A DNA stretch of 52,943 nucleotides. Origin: Octopus bimaculoides. Taxonomy: Eukaryota. Made by a program: the position numbers and the translations under genes. The notes beneath the pieces are model-generated. The model was not told the DNA's origin, made no database searches, and saw nothing but the letters and a program-made list of their open reading frames with translations. Every line of letters starts with the position of its first letter. Position 1 is the first letter of the stretch. The stretch spans positions 29,225,726 through 29,278,668 of the forward strand of contig NC_068984.1 of assembly GCF_001194135.2 (NCBI RefSeq). Reading direction: 5' to 3'. This document shows positions 12,536 through 25,524 of the stretch, in pieces.

Positions 12536-13389
12536 AAGCCAAAATTTCGAAGTTACTGTCAAACTTTCTCTGTTAAAAATATAAGTACTACTACTAAAAA
12601 GAATTCTATAATCCTTCATTCTAATGCTATATCGTTTTTATATATAACTTGGCCGGCAAAGATCTGCTGCAATAACGGTATACATGTGTGTGTGTGTGCG
12701 CGCGCGCGCGTGTACTTATTACAGCAGATTTTTGCAGTTCAGCAATTGCTTATAAATCAACTCCTCCTTTTTTCAATTCTGTCATCTGCCTTGAAATCTA
12801 TAAAAACCACAAAAGAAAACTTCATTTCAGAGGAAAAATTTTTTAGATTTCTTTGAAGCAGCCATCTCATACGCAATTTCTTCTTCGTTTTTAATAAACC
12901 CCAAAATATGAATTAAAAAAAAAATTATGTACACGTATAACCTATAAATGCTAGAATAATCTTGTAACCAAACATGTATCGATATCTTCAATTAAGTTAG
13001 TCAAGCAATTACATTTTTGCTTCAGAAATAACGTTTTCTACTGAAGAAACTTCGTAATATGACGATTTTTTTTTTTCTCAAATCAGACTCTTCGTACAAG
13101 GAAGATGCTTCAAAGGGAAAACGTGGCAGTTAAGGATGGTGTGAAATGAAATATGGAATGCCAAAGATATGAAATATAAGTGTGGTGGAAGTTGAGAAAG
13201 ACATCAAATAAATGAGCTGAGAAAGGCAATGATGTAATAGTAATGAGCGAGGACATATACAGGACATGAAGTAGTCGAGATGAGTGAAAAAATATGTATA
13301 TATGTACTTAGAGGATGTAGTTCAGTGTGATCACAGTAACTATGTTGTGATGAATAACATAAATCCCCCCCACAAAAAAATCTTGCTTT

Positions 13390-13423
<34 letters not shown>

Positions 13424-13489
13424 AGTAGTTCACATTAGATAAAATTTTTGCCTGTAAAAGAATATAAAGTTTCAGAATCGTATGAACAA

Positions 13490-13673
13490 GTTCCTATTAA
13501 GTTGCCTAACAAGTATCTGTCCGCAAATATGAGCCCCGTGAGCCAGAGTGGGTGTTCCAGCGCATCTCTCTCACTATCCTCCGGGGCAACAGCTTTTCCA
13601 TTTTATTTGCTGGAACCACGAAGTCTGAATTACAGGAAATTATAGGTTCCACCCCTTAATTTAAAGCTACTCC

Positions 13674-13680
<7 letters not shown>
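13490..13680 (+). pseudogene. 3' end of CRE-clade-like non-LTR retrotransposon (restriction-like endonuclease C-terminus)
   Basis: Frame not in ORF track reads RKYEPREPEWVFQRISLTILRGNSFSILFAGT..STP*, matching the CRE-type GEPRExxxxFQRLSxxIQRGNA motif; short 3' UTR then (TA)n. Confidence 0.6.
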
Positions 13681-13717
<37 letters not shown>

Positions 13718-13839
13718 TATATATATATGTATATATCGGTTGAAAATATGTGGAGAACATATATAAAAAGTGAAAGAGAAATGCCTTCGTTTCACATAGT
13801 TTAATATCTTTTTATAAAGAAATTATATATATATATATA

Positions 13840-14196
13840 TTCAGGGTGTGATGGGTAAGTTGGCGCCATTTTATATTTTCAATTCCGCGCATGCGCATTG
13901 TTTGTTTTTGATTTTGTCGACTACACAGTATAGTATGGTCAGTTGGGTATCATCTGTGAGAAAAAGCAGCACCAAGACGTGAGTCAATCTGCCAGAAATT
14001 TTAAAACAACATGCTATACTGCTTCGCATTCACGTCGAAAGCTCCAAGACGAACATTTCAGAGTGTTTGGGTGTCAATCTGAGGACAGAGCAGAGAATTC
14101 GTTAAGAGTTAGATGAGTCTAATGGAAATTACGAAGGTACGACAGCTAGGAAAACTCATTCTCATCTTTCTGATAAGAAAAGAACTCCTGATGTTG
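13840..14196 (+). mobile_element. 5' end of Tc1/mariner element (maT/DD37D-like): TIR plus decayed HTH region
   Basis: Starts TA|TTCAGGGTGTGATGGG after (TA)n; translation ..KQHAILLRIHVESSKTNISECLGVNLRTEQRIR*ELDE..KKRTPD; truncated at (TA)n. Confidence 0.6.
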
Positions 14197-14861
14197 TATG
14201 TATATATATATATCATAGAAAACACTATTACTATACGTATGTGCCTCAGTTTAATTAGCAGTCGATATACGTACGAAAACAATATATTTTTTCTGTTACG
14301 AACGTAATGAAGATATTTTGTTTCTGTTTGAGAAAATATGTAGACTGTTTCATCGTTTGATACAGCCTTCAGTTTCTCCTACGCTGATGATTAATACCTT
14401 ATAAAATACAGATGTTCAATGAATTGTCAAGTGTATTTCCCTCTTGTCACTAAAACCGTCAATTCTAAACAAGTTTTGAATCATTTATATACATTTATTT
14501 TTATTTTGTAGTTTGACCCAGATTCCTTTGGTGAACATCTATTTTTCTCGTCTATACCATTGTTACTCGCAATATGTCAAGTAGGAGGTTGAGGGTTTTA
14601 GTTGAACACATCCTTCTTTGAATACTGCAGGCGACCTATAATCACTTGTGATGCTTGAAGTTTTCTTGGCAGTTACTAATCTCAACAAGCAAACAGCCCT
14701 GCAAAAGTCTCTTTCACAGTGCTCCACCAGTCCGGAACTGATATGTTAGGGATTAGAATAAGAAATGCTATTGTTGAGAGTCAATTGATTTATTCTTTGT
14801 TCTCATATCCGTCCGTACGCGAGCAGCATATGCTTTTGAACATGCAATGACTATAATAAAA

Positions 14862-15075
14862 ACAAGGCGGCGAGCTGAAAGAAACGTTAGCACGCCGGCG
14901 AAGTGTTTAACGGTATTTCATATCTTTACATTCTGAGTTCAAATTCCGCCAAGGTCGTCTTTGCCTTTCAACCTTTCGGGGACGATAAATTAAGTACCAG
15001 TTGTGTACTGGGGTCGATCTAATCGACTGGCCCCCTCCCCCAAAATTTTCTGGCCTTGTGCCTGGAGTAGAAAAG
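14862..15075 (+). mobile_element. SINE family C with 14-bp TSD
   Basis: AAGGCGGCGAGCTG...GAGTTCAAATTCCGCC...GGCCTTGTGCC; TGACTATAATAAAA at 14848-14861 and 15076-15089. Confidence 0.9.
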
Positions 15076-15117
15076 TGACTATAATAAAAGCGAGCCAACA
15101 AGAGTGTCTCTACGTGG

Positions 15118-15300
15118 ATATTCATCCTGCTAGAGATAACAGCTAAACGTTCATGACATCACATCACACTCATAAATGATGAAATGATATATCAGATAAT
15201 GTAATCCTAGTTGTCCCTAAAAAGACAAAATGGTCACAACTAGAATCCCTTTTGTTATAGGCTTGTTCGTTCAGATTTGGTGTGGCGATAAACTAACAGA
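15118..15300 (-). repeat. Dispersed repeat family E (unclassified), diverged
   Basis: Reverse complement carries TGTGATGT..TTTAGCTGTTATCTCTAGCAGG block seen at 35510, 42330, 46330, 46790. Confidence 0.4.
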
Positions 15301-15629
15301 GTGACAATTATATGACGTGCCCATACACATGCATATGAGGAATAAACCTAAGTAAGATTAGTATCCGGAGCCTGGGAAAAGGGAGTTTGGCTGGTTCTTT
15401 GGTCTGGAGCCCGAGGAACCAAGGAATGATCTGGTGATCAAAGAAGGGTCACTATGAATTTCTGACGGTGAAGAAGGACTCAATCCCCGCCTCCAAGTTG
15501 GGACCCGAAATCAGACCCGTTCCGCCTAGCTAAATTTTTCTCCGAGGTTCTCTTGGTATTTGTTACTTGTAGATACTCCTTAACTGGTTACTAGTTAGCT
15601 TTTCAATACTCGCTGCGTTACCTATTCTG

Positions 15630-15762
15630 TGACATGCTTCACTCATTGGATTGCGGCCATGCTGAAGCACCGCCTCGAGCAGTTTATTTGATCAATTCGA
15701 CTCCAGTACTTATTCAATCGGTTCTCTCTGCTGAGTTGTTTGTTTGTGGCGAGGACACAAAT

Positions 15763-15806
<44 letters not shown>

Positions 15807-15860
15807 CGAGCTTTCACACGGTTTGAGTCAACCAATTTCACTCATAAAACATTAGTCGCG
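15630..15860 (-). mobile_element. SINE family A, diverged
   Basis: CATTGGATTGCGGCCATGCTGAAGCACCGCC...TCGACTCCAGTACTTATTC. Confidence 0.65.
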
Positions 15861-17654
15861 ACTCTTGGTTGTCATGCCAACATTTTAAGCACAGAGCCAA
15901 GTCAACGTTTTTATTGATAAAACTGATACAGTTGACATTACTTTTGTTTTACATTCAGCGAAATGATGAATCGAAGAAATACGTGATGTAGTGTGAGAAT
16001 TCCTGGCAGATGCAGTCTCAGGAGACACGAGAGCGCTATGTATTTACAACGAGATCTTGGGTGATATAAAGTAATGTTCCAACGAGGAAAGTGACTTGGG
16101 ATAGAGATGGTGAAGCATTATTGTATTCAGAACTAACAGCATAGTCGTAGTGGTAAAAGAGGTGACTACTGGGCATGATATTGGTTGTAGTAGTTCACTG
16201 AATGTTTATTAAGCGGACCGCTTTCAGCTCATTCAATTATCACTCTGTCGCTTTGGCTGTATCTAATTAAGACTCTCACACAAACGGACACGTACGTACA
16301 GGAATGTGCCCGTCCGTTCATCTGTCTGTTTGTCTCCGTGGAGGTATCTCTTCGCATAAAATACAGATCTCTACTTATTTATATCCGTATCGTCCTTGTG
16401 AACTTCTTTGCAGCCGATTAGATTATCCATCTGGTGATGTTTGTCGATGCTGTTGTTGTTTAGCTCCCAGCAGGGACATCTTAGGTGAAGAATACGCCCC
16501 CAGCCAAATCAATGCATTGGGCTCTATTGTACCTATTTGTTGACAACAATCTGGAGCATGCATTGTTCAGAATTGTGCTCTTAGGCCCGTAAGGCCTCCG
16601 GGCATCTGCCGAGTGCAGCCATGCCATAAGACGGCATTGGCTCCAAGTCAAGCTTAGTTGAACAGACCGATAATCGAAAATATTTCAGTCACAACCAGAC
16701 AGGCAGACAGATGAATAGATAGATAGATAGGGCCCAAAGGACTAATGTCCGAAACGACGAAGATTCCTTTTCTTTCATTCAAGCGTTAAAGGTAAGTTTC
16801 GCCCTCAGGAATGAACTATGGAATATTTATGGCGAAAAAGTAAATTCAGTTACTCATATTGTAAAGAAAAGAAAAAGTAGAATCCACGGATCATGTGGCT
16901 CGACCTGCTAAAATTATCTAGCAAAATCTCCCTTGACTTAAAAGTATCGACTTGGTCTTTAGATGTTGGTTGCATTGGTTACTCACTGCCAGTATTTTAT
17001 TTTTTAAGAGAGACTAAATTATAATAAAGTCTAAGTGAAATAAGACAGAGACACACACGCGCGCGCGCACACACACATAGAGATACCAACTAAAATTAAT
17101 TTAATTAAAAGATCTCTTCGCGAGAGTCCTAAGTAAGATTTCATAGCGCAGCCCCTTAAGCAACAGCCGTTTATCAACTAATTTATCTATCTGCGCGCGC
17201 GTGTGTGTGTGTGTGTGTGCGCGTGTGTGCGTGTGCGTGTGTGTGTATGTGTGTTCGGAATGGAAGTTTATGTTATAAAATGTAGTCCCTGATACTCAGA
17301 TATAAGATAACCATGACTTGAATGTTTCAATCGTAAGTCTGCTCAATCGCTGCTGATCTAGAGCTATACAACAACTATAAATATTTCCAAGTAACGAGGA
17401 ATCTTCTACGTCCCCGATTGTTAAACCGTCCACTGTCATTTATCTGCTGGACATGATGTATTTCCCCAGTTACCATGCAAAAATACACACTAAATAATCT
17501 CTCTATACAAAATCTCTTTCTGTTATCTAAACGCTTTCTTTAGGATTGCAGGCTAACGCTAGGGTATGTATATGGGTGGATGTGGAGCTATGCATATGTG
17601 TGTGTGTGTGTGTGTTTTGCGTCATATATACGTATACGAGTATTAGAGTCATGT

Positions 17655-17905
17655 GTAGAGAAGACGGCTAAACGTGCAAGAAGTTTTCTTGAGCATCGTG
17701 ATGTCCCAAGTTCGACCCCACTACGTGATGCATAGAAAGAGTGTCTTCTGTATTATCTTTGAGGCAAACTAAGCCTTGTCGAACCCAGAAAATGTTGGAG
17801 CTTATCGATTGGACAGTATGTTTAATCCAAAGAGCCAGCCTTGCTATAAATTGTATCACGCTGATTCTGCTTCAAAATTGCGTTAAGAGTACGCGTGACT
17901 GGGGA
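17655..17905 (+). mobile_element. Diverged SINE with A-like body and B/D-type tail
   Basis: AAGTTCGACCCC B-box, GTGTCTTCTGTATTAT..AAGCCTTGT (A-like), then AAAGAGCCAGCCTTG..TCACGCTGA..CGTTAAGAGTACGCGTG (B/D tail). Confidence 0.5.
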
Positions 17906-18454
17906 ATAATAGTTAGTTGCCTTACACAATTCACTAAATAACTGGTTCAGTTGATCGAAATACTAAGCGTCCATACCAGGCACAATACATTTATATTTTT
18001 CATCCCTTTAATATTATTTCAATTACAAATAAAACACATTCGTTATGTATGCTTCTATTTGAATGTATTATTTATTCGTGAATAATTATTATACGTGTCA
18101 AACAGCTTTGCACATACATACATACATACACACATATGCCTTATCATTTATATACAACTTTATGATACGAGATCAAATCCTGCGGGAATCAACTGACATT
18201 TATTCCCCGTTGAGGATGAAGTAAGTACGATTATATATACTGGATCGATCCAATTCAATAGCATATATTTTTTCTGAAAAATATGTGACTTGGTGCCGAT
18301 GCGTGATGTCATTCAATATACGCATTCTCAGTGTATTCTCAGCGCATGCGTAGTTGTACACATCGAGCACTTCCGTGTCTGAGAGAAATAGAGAGAGAGA
18401 GAGTGTGTGTGTGTATGTGTATCTATGATATAAGAAGGAGGGGCAGTAGAGATA

Positions 18455-18598
18455 GACAGCGTAGGGCTGTGGAAACGATGCCATGCAAATAGTGGAGCTT
18501 GATGCAATCTTCGGGCATGTTAGTTCCTGTCAAACCATCCAATAAATGCTTGCAAGGATAATGGATGATAAATGATGATGGCGATGATGATGATATAT
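18455..18598 (+). mobile_element. SINE-like family F 3' portion with (GAT)n tail
   Basis: GTCAAACCATCCAATAAATGC..(GAT)n resembles 3' end of 20417-20690 and 21895-22165. Confidence 0.5.
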
Positions 18599-18863
18599 AA
18601 AATTGATATTTAGCAGAAGTAACAATGTAACTCAAGGTCTGAGAGTTTCATGCATTATTTCTGCTAAATATGCACATACTCATAATTTGAGTTTTATTTT
18701 TCTTGTTTGCATCAAGATACCCCCCCCCACACACACACACACAACAGAAGTAAATAGACATCCTATAAAACATTGTTTTATGTTTATTCTAACTTGTAAA
18801 GTTTTTTATTTTTTGATTAATTGACATTTTTATGTTTCAGGTTCTATGTGTGACTGTTTAATC

Positions 18864-19760
18864 ATGTCATGTACAAAAGAAGCCTTGGAATTGTCTGAAT
18901 TTCAAAGAGGCCATATTGTGGGTCAATCTGAAGGTGGATATAGTCAGCGTAAATCGCAAAAAAAATCTTGGGATCCTACTTTCTACAGTTAATAGACTGA
19001 TTGTACAATTCACTAGAGAGGGAAAGGAATCCACAACACCTCTCCCAGGTTGACCAAGGCTCTCTCAACAGACCCTTCTCTTTGTTAAGAGAAGTATGGA
19101 GGATAATCCTTGTTGCAAGGCCTCTGACATAGCAGAACAAGTTGATGTCAGTCCCAGAACAGCTGTCACATATCTCCACAAACTTGGTTACTATGACATA
19201 GCAGCAAGAAGGAAGCCACTTTTTTGACCAGCTAATGTCAAGTGGAGAAAAGATTGGGCCAGTGAGATGGTGGATAGGCCACTAGCATTTTAGGACGCTG
19301 TCATATTCTCCAGTGCGTCCAGATCTGCTGCATTTTATGACAGTGGTCAAGTGTGGGTCTGGAGACTCTGTGATCAAGAATTCAATGTGAAAAGATTGCA
19401 GCCAACAATGAAATATGGCAGCTATTCTGTGATGGTCTGGGGAGCATTTGGAGCATTGGTCAATCAGAACTGGTGGAGTGTGAGGGAAACATAAACTCAG
19501 ATAAATATATATCCATATTGCAGAAAAGACTCCTTCCAATCTTCTCCAGTGGCAAAAGGATTAAAAAAGACTCTTTATTTATGGATGATGGGGCTTCTTG
19601 TCACATGGTTAAAATGACCCAAAATTTGTTGAATGAGAATAGCATTAAAAAGCTTCCACTGCAAGCCAGTAACCAGATATGAATCCTATTGAACACCTTT
19701 GGGGCATAATGGACAGGACACTCCATAAAAAGGACAAGAAAGCATCTTCAAAGCCGGAAG

Positions 19761-19762
<2 letters not shown>
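18864..19762 (+). pseudogene. Tc1-family DD34E transposase pseudogene, 3'-truncated
   Basis: MSCTKEALELSEFQRGHIVGQSEGGYSQRK (HTH), [53 protein letters not shown]; several stops and frameshifts; ends at (TA)n. Confidence 0.92.
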
Positions 19763-19800
<38 letters not shown>

Positions 19801-20021
19801 TATATATATACATGTATACACTCATAAAATAACACTCAGTCTGCTGTGAAGATTCTAAAATACAACACATAAAAACCTAACAGTGTATCTTTTTTCTACC
19901 CCTCTGGAAAGATTTTGCCTAATATAATTATTTTAATAATTGCTATTTAAGGTTTTTGTCTTAATTGAAATAGCTGTAAAAGACTATGTTTGATTTTTGC
20001 AGATAATAAATTTCATTCCTT

Positions 20022-20412
20022 TATTTTTTCAGTCATTTGACTGCAGCCATGCTGGAGCACTGCCTTTAGTCAAGCATATTGACCCCAGGACTTATTCTTT
20101 GTAAGCCTAGTACTTATTCTATCAGTTTCTTTTGCTGAACCAGTAAGTTACAGGGATATAAACACACCACCATTAGTTGTCAAGCGATGTTGGGGGTAGA
20201 AACACAGACACACAAACATATACACACACATACATTTATATATACATATATATGACAGGCTTCTTTCAGTTTCTGTCTACCAAATCTACTCACAAGGCTT
20301 TGGTTGGCCTGAGGCTATAGTAGAAGACACTTGCCCAAGGTGCCATGCAGTGGGACTGAACCCGGAACCATGTGGTTAGTAAGCAAGCTTCTTACCACAC
20401 AGCCACTCTTGC
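20022..20412 (-). mobile_element. SINE family A, full length
   Basis: CAGTCATTTGACTGCAGCCATGCTGGAGCAC...GACACTTGCCCAAGGTGCC...AAGCTTCTTACCACACAGCC. Confidence 0.92.
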
Positions 20413-20416
20413 ACCT

Positions 20417-20683
20417 GTCTATATATCATCATCATCATCATTTAACGTCCGCTTTCCATGCTAGCATGGGTTGGACGATTTGACTGAGCACTGGTGAACC
20501 GGATGGCTGGACCAGGCTCCAATCTAATCTGGCAGAGTTTCTACAGTTGGATGCCCTTCCTAATGCCAACCACTCCGAGAGTGTAGTGGGTGCTTTTACA
20601 TGCCACCGGCACGAGGGCCAGTCACGCAGTACTGGCAATGATCATGCTCAAAATGGTGTTTTTTACGTGCCACCTGCACAGGA

Positions 20684-20690
<7 letters not shown>
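20417..20690 (-). mobile_element. SINE-like family F with (GAT)n tail
   Basis: Reverse complement has AGGAAGGGCATCCAACTGTAGAAAC and ends CCAACCCATGCTAGCATGGAAAGCGGACGTTAAA(TGA)n. Confidence 0.8.
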
Positions 20691-20724
<34 letters not shown>

Positions 20725-20728
<4 letters not shown>

Positions 20729-20835
20729 TGGGCAAAGGCTATAATAGAAGACACTTGCCTGATGTGTCACAGTGAGGGACTAAACCCAGAACCTTCTGGT
20801 TGGGAAGCAAGATTCTTATTACAGAGTCATACTTG
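20725..20835 (-). mobile_element. SINE family A 5' head fragment
   Basis: GGCTATAATAGAAGACACTTGCC...GGACTAAACCCAGAACC..GGTTGGGAAGCAAG. Confidence 0.7.
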
Positions 20836-20860
20836 CATCTAACCATGACAATATACATAC

Positions 20861-20905
<45 letters not shown>

Positions 20906-21049
20906 CATACACATATAATAGGTAGCATGCACAAATTGACATTAAATGGTGATGATGATGAAGAAATGTACATGCACATTGGCATATATATGTATATGTC
21001 CATAAACACACACACACACACACATATAGTTGAACATATATATATGTAT

Positions 21050-21093
<44 letters not shown>

Positions 21094-21894
21094 AAAGCAA
21101 CTCCAGGTCATCAGCGTCACTCGGGCTCATCACAGATTTCGCATAAGACACATGCCTGCTCAAAGAATTTCACGCTTTTCCACAATATTTCCAGCCCCAT
21201 GTGGCTTATTTTTTTTTTTATATATTTAGCACTATGTCTTTCTCCATTTCTAAGTTAAGAGTTAAATTAAATCAACCCTGCAAGACACAACTGATATATA
21301 CACACAGATTCACAGAATAACAGCAATCAAATAATGACTGCAGATTGCCTAACAAACATCAGCTATCTGAATGTCGCCTGCACTCTTCACAAGAGATGCT
21401 AGTTAGTCTTTGACGCCTACCAGGCTCGTTTGTATTAGCCTGAGTTGCTGGATAATTTTTCGTTCTTTTAAGAATATTGTTGAACAGAAACTTTTTCACG
21501 GATTGGAATTTAAATCCTAATCTCTATAGAAATTTATTGTTTCAATTAAACATTGAATTTGAATCACTTTCATTTTTACGATTATAGACAGCAACTCAGG
21601 CTGAGTTAGGTGCATGTAAATGCTGTTGAGAGAACATCTGCTATGAATGATTTTTGTCACAGGGCACCTCTAAGATGACCACCAGATGTTGAATGAAAAT
21701 AAATTAACTGCGACCAGGCTCAATAAAAGGAGCCTGAGTTATTGGCTGCAATTACATACTTGAAGTCAGTGTTGGCAGAAAGTAAATCAGCTTGCAAATA
21801 CACATTCACTTTACTAAATTTATACCTGGGCTAAGCCCGAATAGTCCAAGTGACGGAGTTGCCTCTGATATATATATATTTATATTTCTGTCTA

Positions 21895-22165
21895 TTCAGG
21901 TGCTGGTGTCACATAAAAAGCACCTGTGCTAGTACTGCATAAATGCATCCATACCAGTGCTGTGTGAATGCATCCATGCTGATGGCATGCAAAAAGCATG
22001 CAGCACTCTGCTAACTGCTGGAATTAAGAGGGGCATCCAGCTGTAGAAACCATGCCACAACAGACAACTGGAGTTTGGAGAGGTCCCAGCAGGTGAGCTC
22101 TATGTCAACCGTCCAACCCATGCTAGTAGAGAAAGTGAATGTTAAATAATGAAGATGATGATATA
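21895..22165 (+). mobile_element. SINE-like family F, diverged
   Basis: GGGGCATCCAGCTGTAGAAACC...CCAACCCATGCTAG...(GAT)n. Confidence 0.7.
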
Positions 22166-23821
22166 TATGTCATTATGTATAAATACATGAACATATATAC
22201 ATACACAAATACATGTGCATATAGAATTATAACTCCATATATATATATACACACATGAGTGTACACTAAAGCATATGAATATACATAGACACAAATATAT
22301 TTATATTCATACACAAGACTATATACAGCTATGTGCACTCAAACACACACACACAGATATATATATATGTATACACATGTATCTAGGAACACTAAATAAT
22401 ATGTAGTATATTGAAGTACATATACACATAAACATATGGCAAATGATTTTATATACATATATATATATATACACATACATATACCTACATATATATATAT
22501 ATATATATATATATNNNNNNNNNNNNNNNNNNNNNNNNNNNNNNNNNNNNNNNNNNNNNNNNNNNNNNNNNNNNNNNNNNNNNNNNNNNNNNNNNNNNNN
22601 NNNNNNNNNNNNNNGGTGTGGTCGCGCATTTATAGAATTATTCAAAGTATTCCTCTTCTGTTTTTCTTTCTTTCTTTTCTCTTACATGTATATATATATG
22701 TTAAATGCCTCCGCGGCTCCTTGGCAATGATCAGATCAGCTGTTGGACAAAAAAAAAAAAAAAAAAAAAAAAATATCCGGGATGATAATTATAGAGAATA
22801 GAGAAAGAAACAACACTGGGGCTACATTAATGTTTTGGGGGTTGTTTTCAGGCTTAAATAAATAAATATATATATATATATGTAGATATAATGCTGAAAA
22901 GACTTTTTTTTTTCAACTTCTTTTTTTGTTGTAGGGAAATTAAAAAGAGCAACCCATCTTTTTTTTTCTTTTTCCCTTTATCATATGGCCAATCAGAAAA
23001 CATATAGCAATTTTGTGTGTGTGTATGTTTGTTTGTGTGTGTGTGTGTTTGTGTGTTACGCGTGCACAACAGCACGAATGAAATTGATATCGAATGTGTA
23101 TTTATTGAAGTGTGTGTGTGTACGCATGTATATGAATATATGTATGCGTATGTATGTATGTAAACTTTTTAATTTTATTATTAATTTTTCAAATATGATT
23201 AGCTTTGCAAGTGACAGTAACTTACGTGAACATTTACATATATGTGTATGAATGTGCGTGTTTTTTTTAAAATTTCTTGTGCGCGTGTATATATGTATGT
23301 ATGTATGAAGTATGTATGTGTATACGATATATAATGCTTACACTTTTTTTTTAGTTTTTTTTCTTTTTTTTCTTTTTTGAAGAATAGAAGGGGTTTGTTA
23401 AAAAGAGCTCAGTAATACCACATATGTATAATCCTTAGTTGTTTTGCTTTTTTTTTTTTTTTTTTTTGGCTGTAGAGGATGGTTTGTTGGCTGGTTGGTT
23501 TGTTGGCCGTCAGGTACGTTCTGTTTAACGTAACAAACTCTTTTGAGTCGAGAAAGTTGACTACAACAAGGAGCGAGCGAACGCGCCTCACAGAGAGGCT
23601 GCATCGACGCTTGGTTTACCTCCCTGTGTAAAGTGCGTGTCTCTCTTTGAAAAGTGGCTTTCCGTATCTATGCAAAACGGCCTGTGTGTCTCGATAAACA
23701 TCATGTTGTCGTGTGTACGTTTGTGTACATGGGAGAGAGAGAAAGAGAGAGAATAAAAGAGATAAAGCAGCACTTTTCTATCTTGCTCGTATAGGAAATG
23801 CGTGTTCTGTATGCAGGTGTC

Positions 23822-23856
<35 letters not shown>

Positions 23857-24439
23857 NNNNNNNNNNNNNNNNNNNNNNNNNNNNNNNNNNNNNNNNNNNN
23901 NNNNNNNNNNNNNNNNNNNNNNNNNNNNNNNNNNNNNNNNNNNNNNNNNNNNNNNNNNNNNNNNNNNNNNNNNNNNNNNNNNNNNNNNNNNNNNNNNNNA
24001 AGGGTGTAATTTGTGTGTAGATGGGAGAGTGGAATGAAGTGTGAAAAAGATGAAGACTGAAAAGAGAAAGGGAATGCCAGAGAGAGAGAGAGAGGGAGAG
24101 GGAGGGAGAGAGAGGGAGGGAGGGAGGAGAGGAAGAATGGTAGGTGGAGTGGTTATTGTTGTCCGTCGTTAAAATAAATGCGTGGTGCGATGCATAAAGC
24201 CGACTGGCGAGTTTTGTTATAATATATATGTTGTGGAGGGATTTGCAAGACACGAGTGTGAACGATGGAACGATGTACGGAGAGTGTAAAAGACGATGTG
24301 GTCAACTTACCGCCACCGCAACTACTACCAAGACCTCTACCACTAATACTACCACCACTAATACCACTACTTACAACTACAAAATGATGAAATAACAAAA
24401 ATAACTAATATTAATAATAGTTGTTATTGGTCTTGTAAT

Positions 24440-25110
24440 TTCTTCGTATTATAATGAAATCAATGAGTGGAGGAAGCAATAAATAAAAAAAAAAGGCACT
24501 GTGGGCCGAGATAGAAGTATTTTGAGTAGGAGGAGGAGAGAAAGTGAGCAAGGAAATTAATTTAATTCTTCCAGTATATGCGTGTATGTAAGTATGTGTG
24601 TGTATACATGTGTGTGTATAGGTTTGTGTGTACGGATGTGTTTATATATGCGTAAATGTGTGTGTGTGTGTGTAGCTAGGGTTGAAGTGAGAGAATGTGA
24701 CAGAAATCAGGAGGGAAAAGACAAGAATTAGACGGCCGCAAACTAATAAATTGTTTCTCTTATTCATCTCTCGGTACTCACACCCCTTCTCTACCTCCCT
24801 CTTAACCTCTCTCTCTTCCTATCATACATACATTCATACATACACACACACATACATACACCCATATGCTTGCAACTCTTCTCATCTTCTTCACCCCCAC
24901 CTCTCTCTCGTAACTATACTTCTTCCCTTTGCTTTTTTTTTCTGTTTCTTCGATTATGTTTCCCCCCTCATTTATATGCTTGGATTATTTCTATATCGTC
25001 CGGGGAGTGAAGCTAATACAAAAATCTGACCCCACCCCTCTGAATGACTGTTAAATTGAAAACAAACAACTGTTAGCTCGTAGAAGAGACACTGATGCAA
25101 ATCACACACA
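24440..25110 (+). repeat. Old local duplication, copy 1 (partner 29590-30480)
   Basis: Collinear blocks incl. identical GTCCGGGGAGTGAAGCTAATACAA (24998-25021 = 30363-30386), TCTGTTTCTTCGATTATGTTT and TGTTAAATTGAAAACAAACAACT. Confidence 0.8.
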
Positions 25111-25524
25111 CACACACACACACATACACGCACATATATAATGGGTTTTATAAATTCATCGCAGTGTATACATGTGTGCGTGCGCGTGTGTAAGAGAGAT
25201 AAAGAGAGAGAGAGAGTGTGTGAGAAAGAGAGTGAGAGAGAGATTTATTCGGCACTCTTAAATGTGAAGTGGGTCCCAGGAAAGCAATAAGCCGAAATCC
25301 AAACACGTGGAAGCCTATCTCTGTCGCACAATATAAATGTTTGGCACATGGATATTACTTCTGTGAGGAGACAGATACGATTACAGACTGACAGACAGAC
25401 ACATACATACATACATACATACATACATACGCACAGAGAGAAGGGAAAAGAGACAAAGATATAGATTGACAGATAAATAGATAGGATAAATAGAGAATGA
25501 GAGACGGAAGGTAGATACATTTCT

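Noticed and set aside
12700-13150. Minus-strand coding exons (ISRQMTELKKGG..., SSYYEVSSVEN...)
   Set aside because: In-frame stops, weak donors, no recognisable homology.
14300-14850. Transposase remnant or minus-strand exon
   Set aside because: Short look-alike motifs (NLNKQT, SNNGI, PDWWS) fall in different frames and strands and suggest different families; nothing consistent.
21095-21165. Box C/D snoRNA or short coding exon on minus strand
   Set aside because: C and D boxes too close, no terminal stem, and the frame runs into (TA)n.
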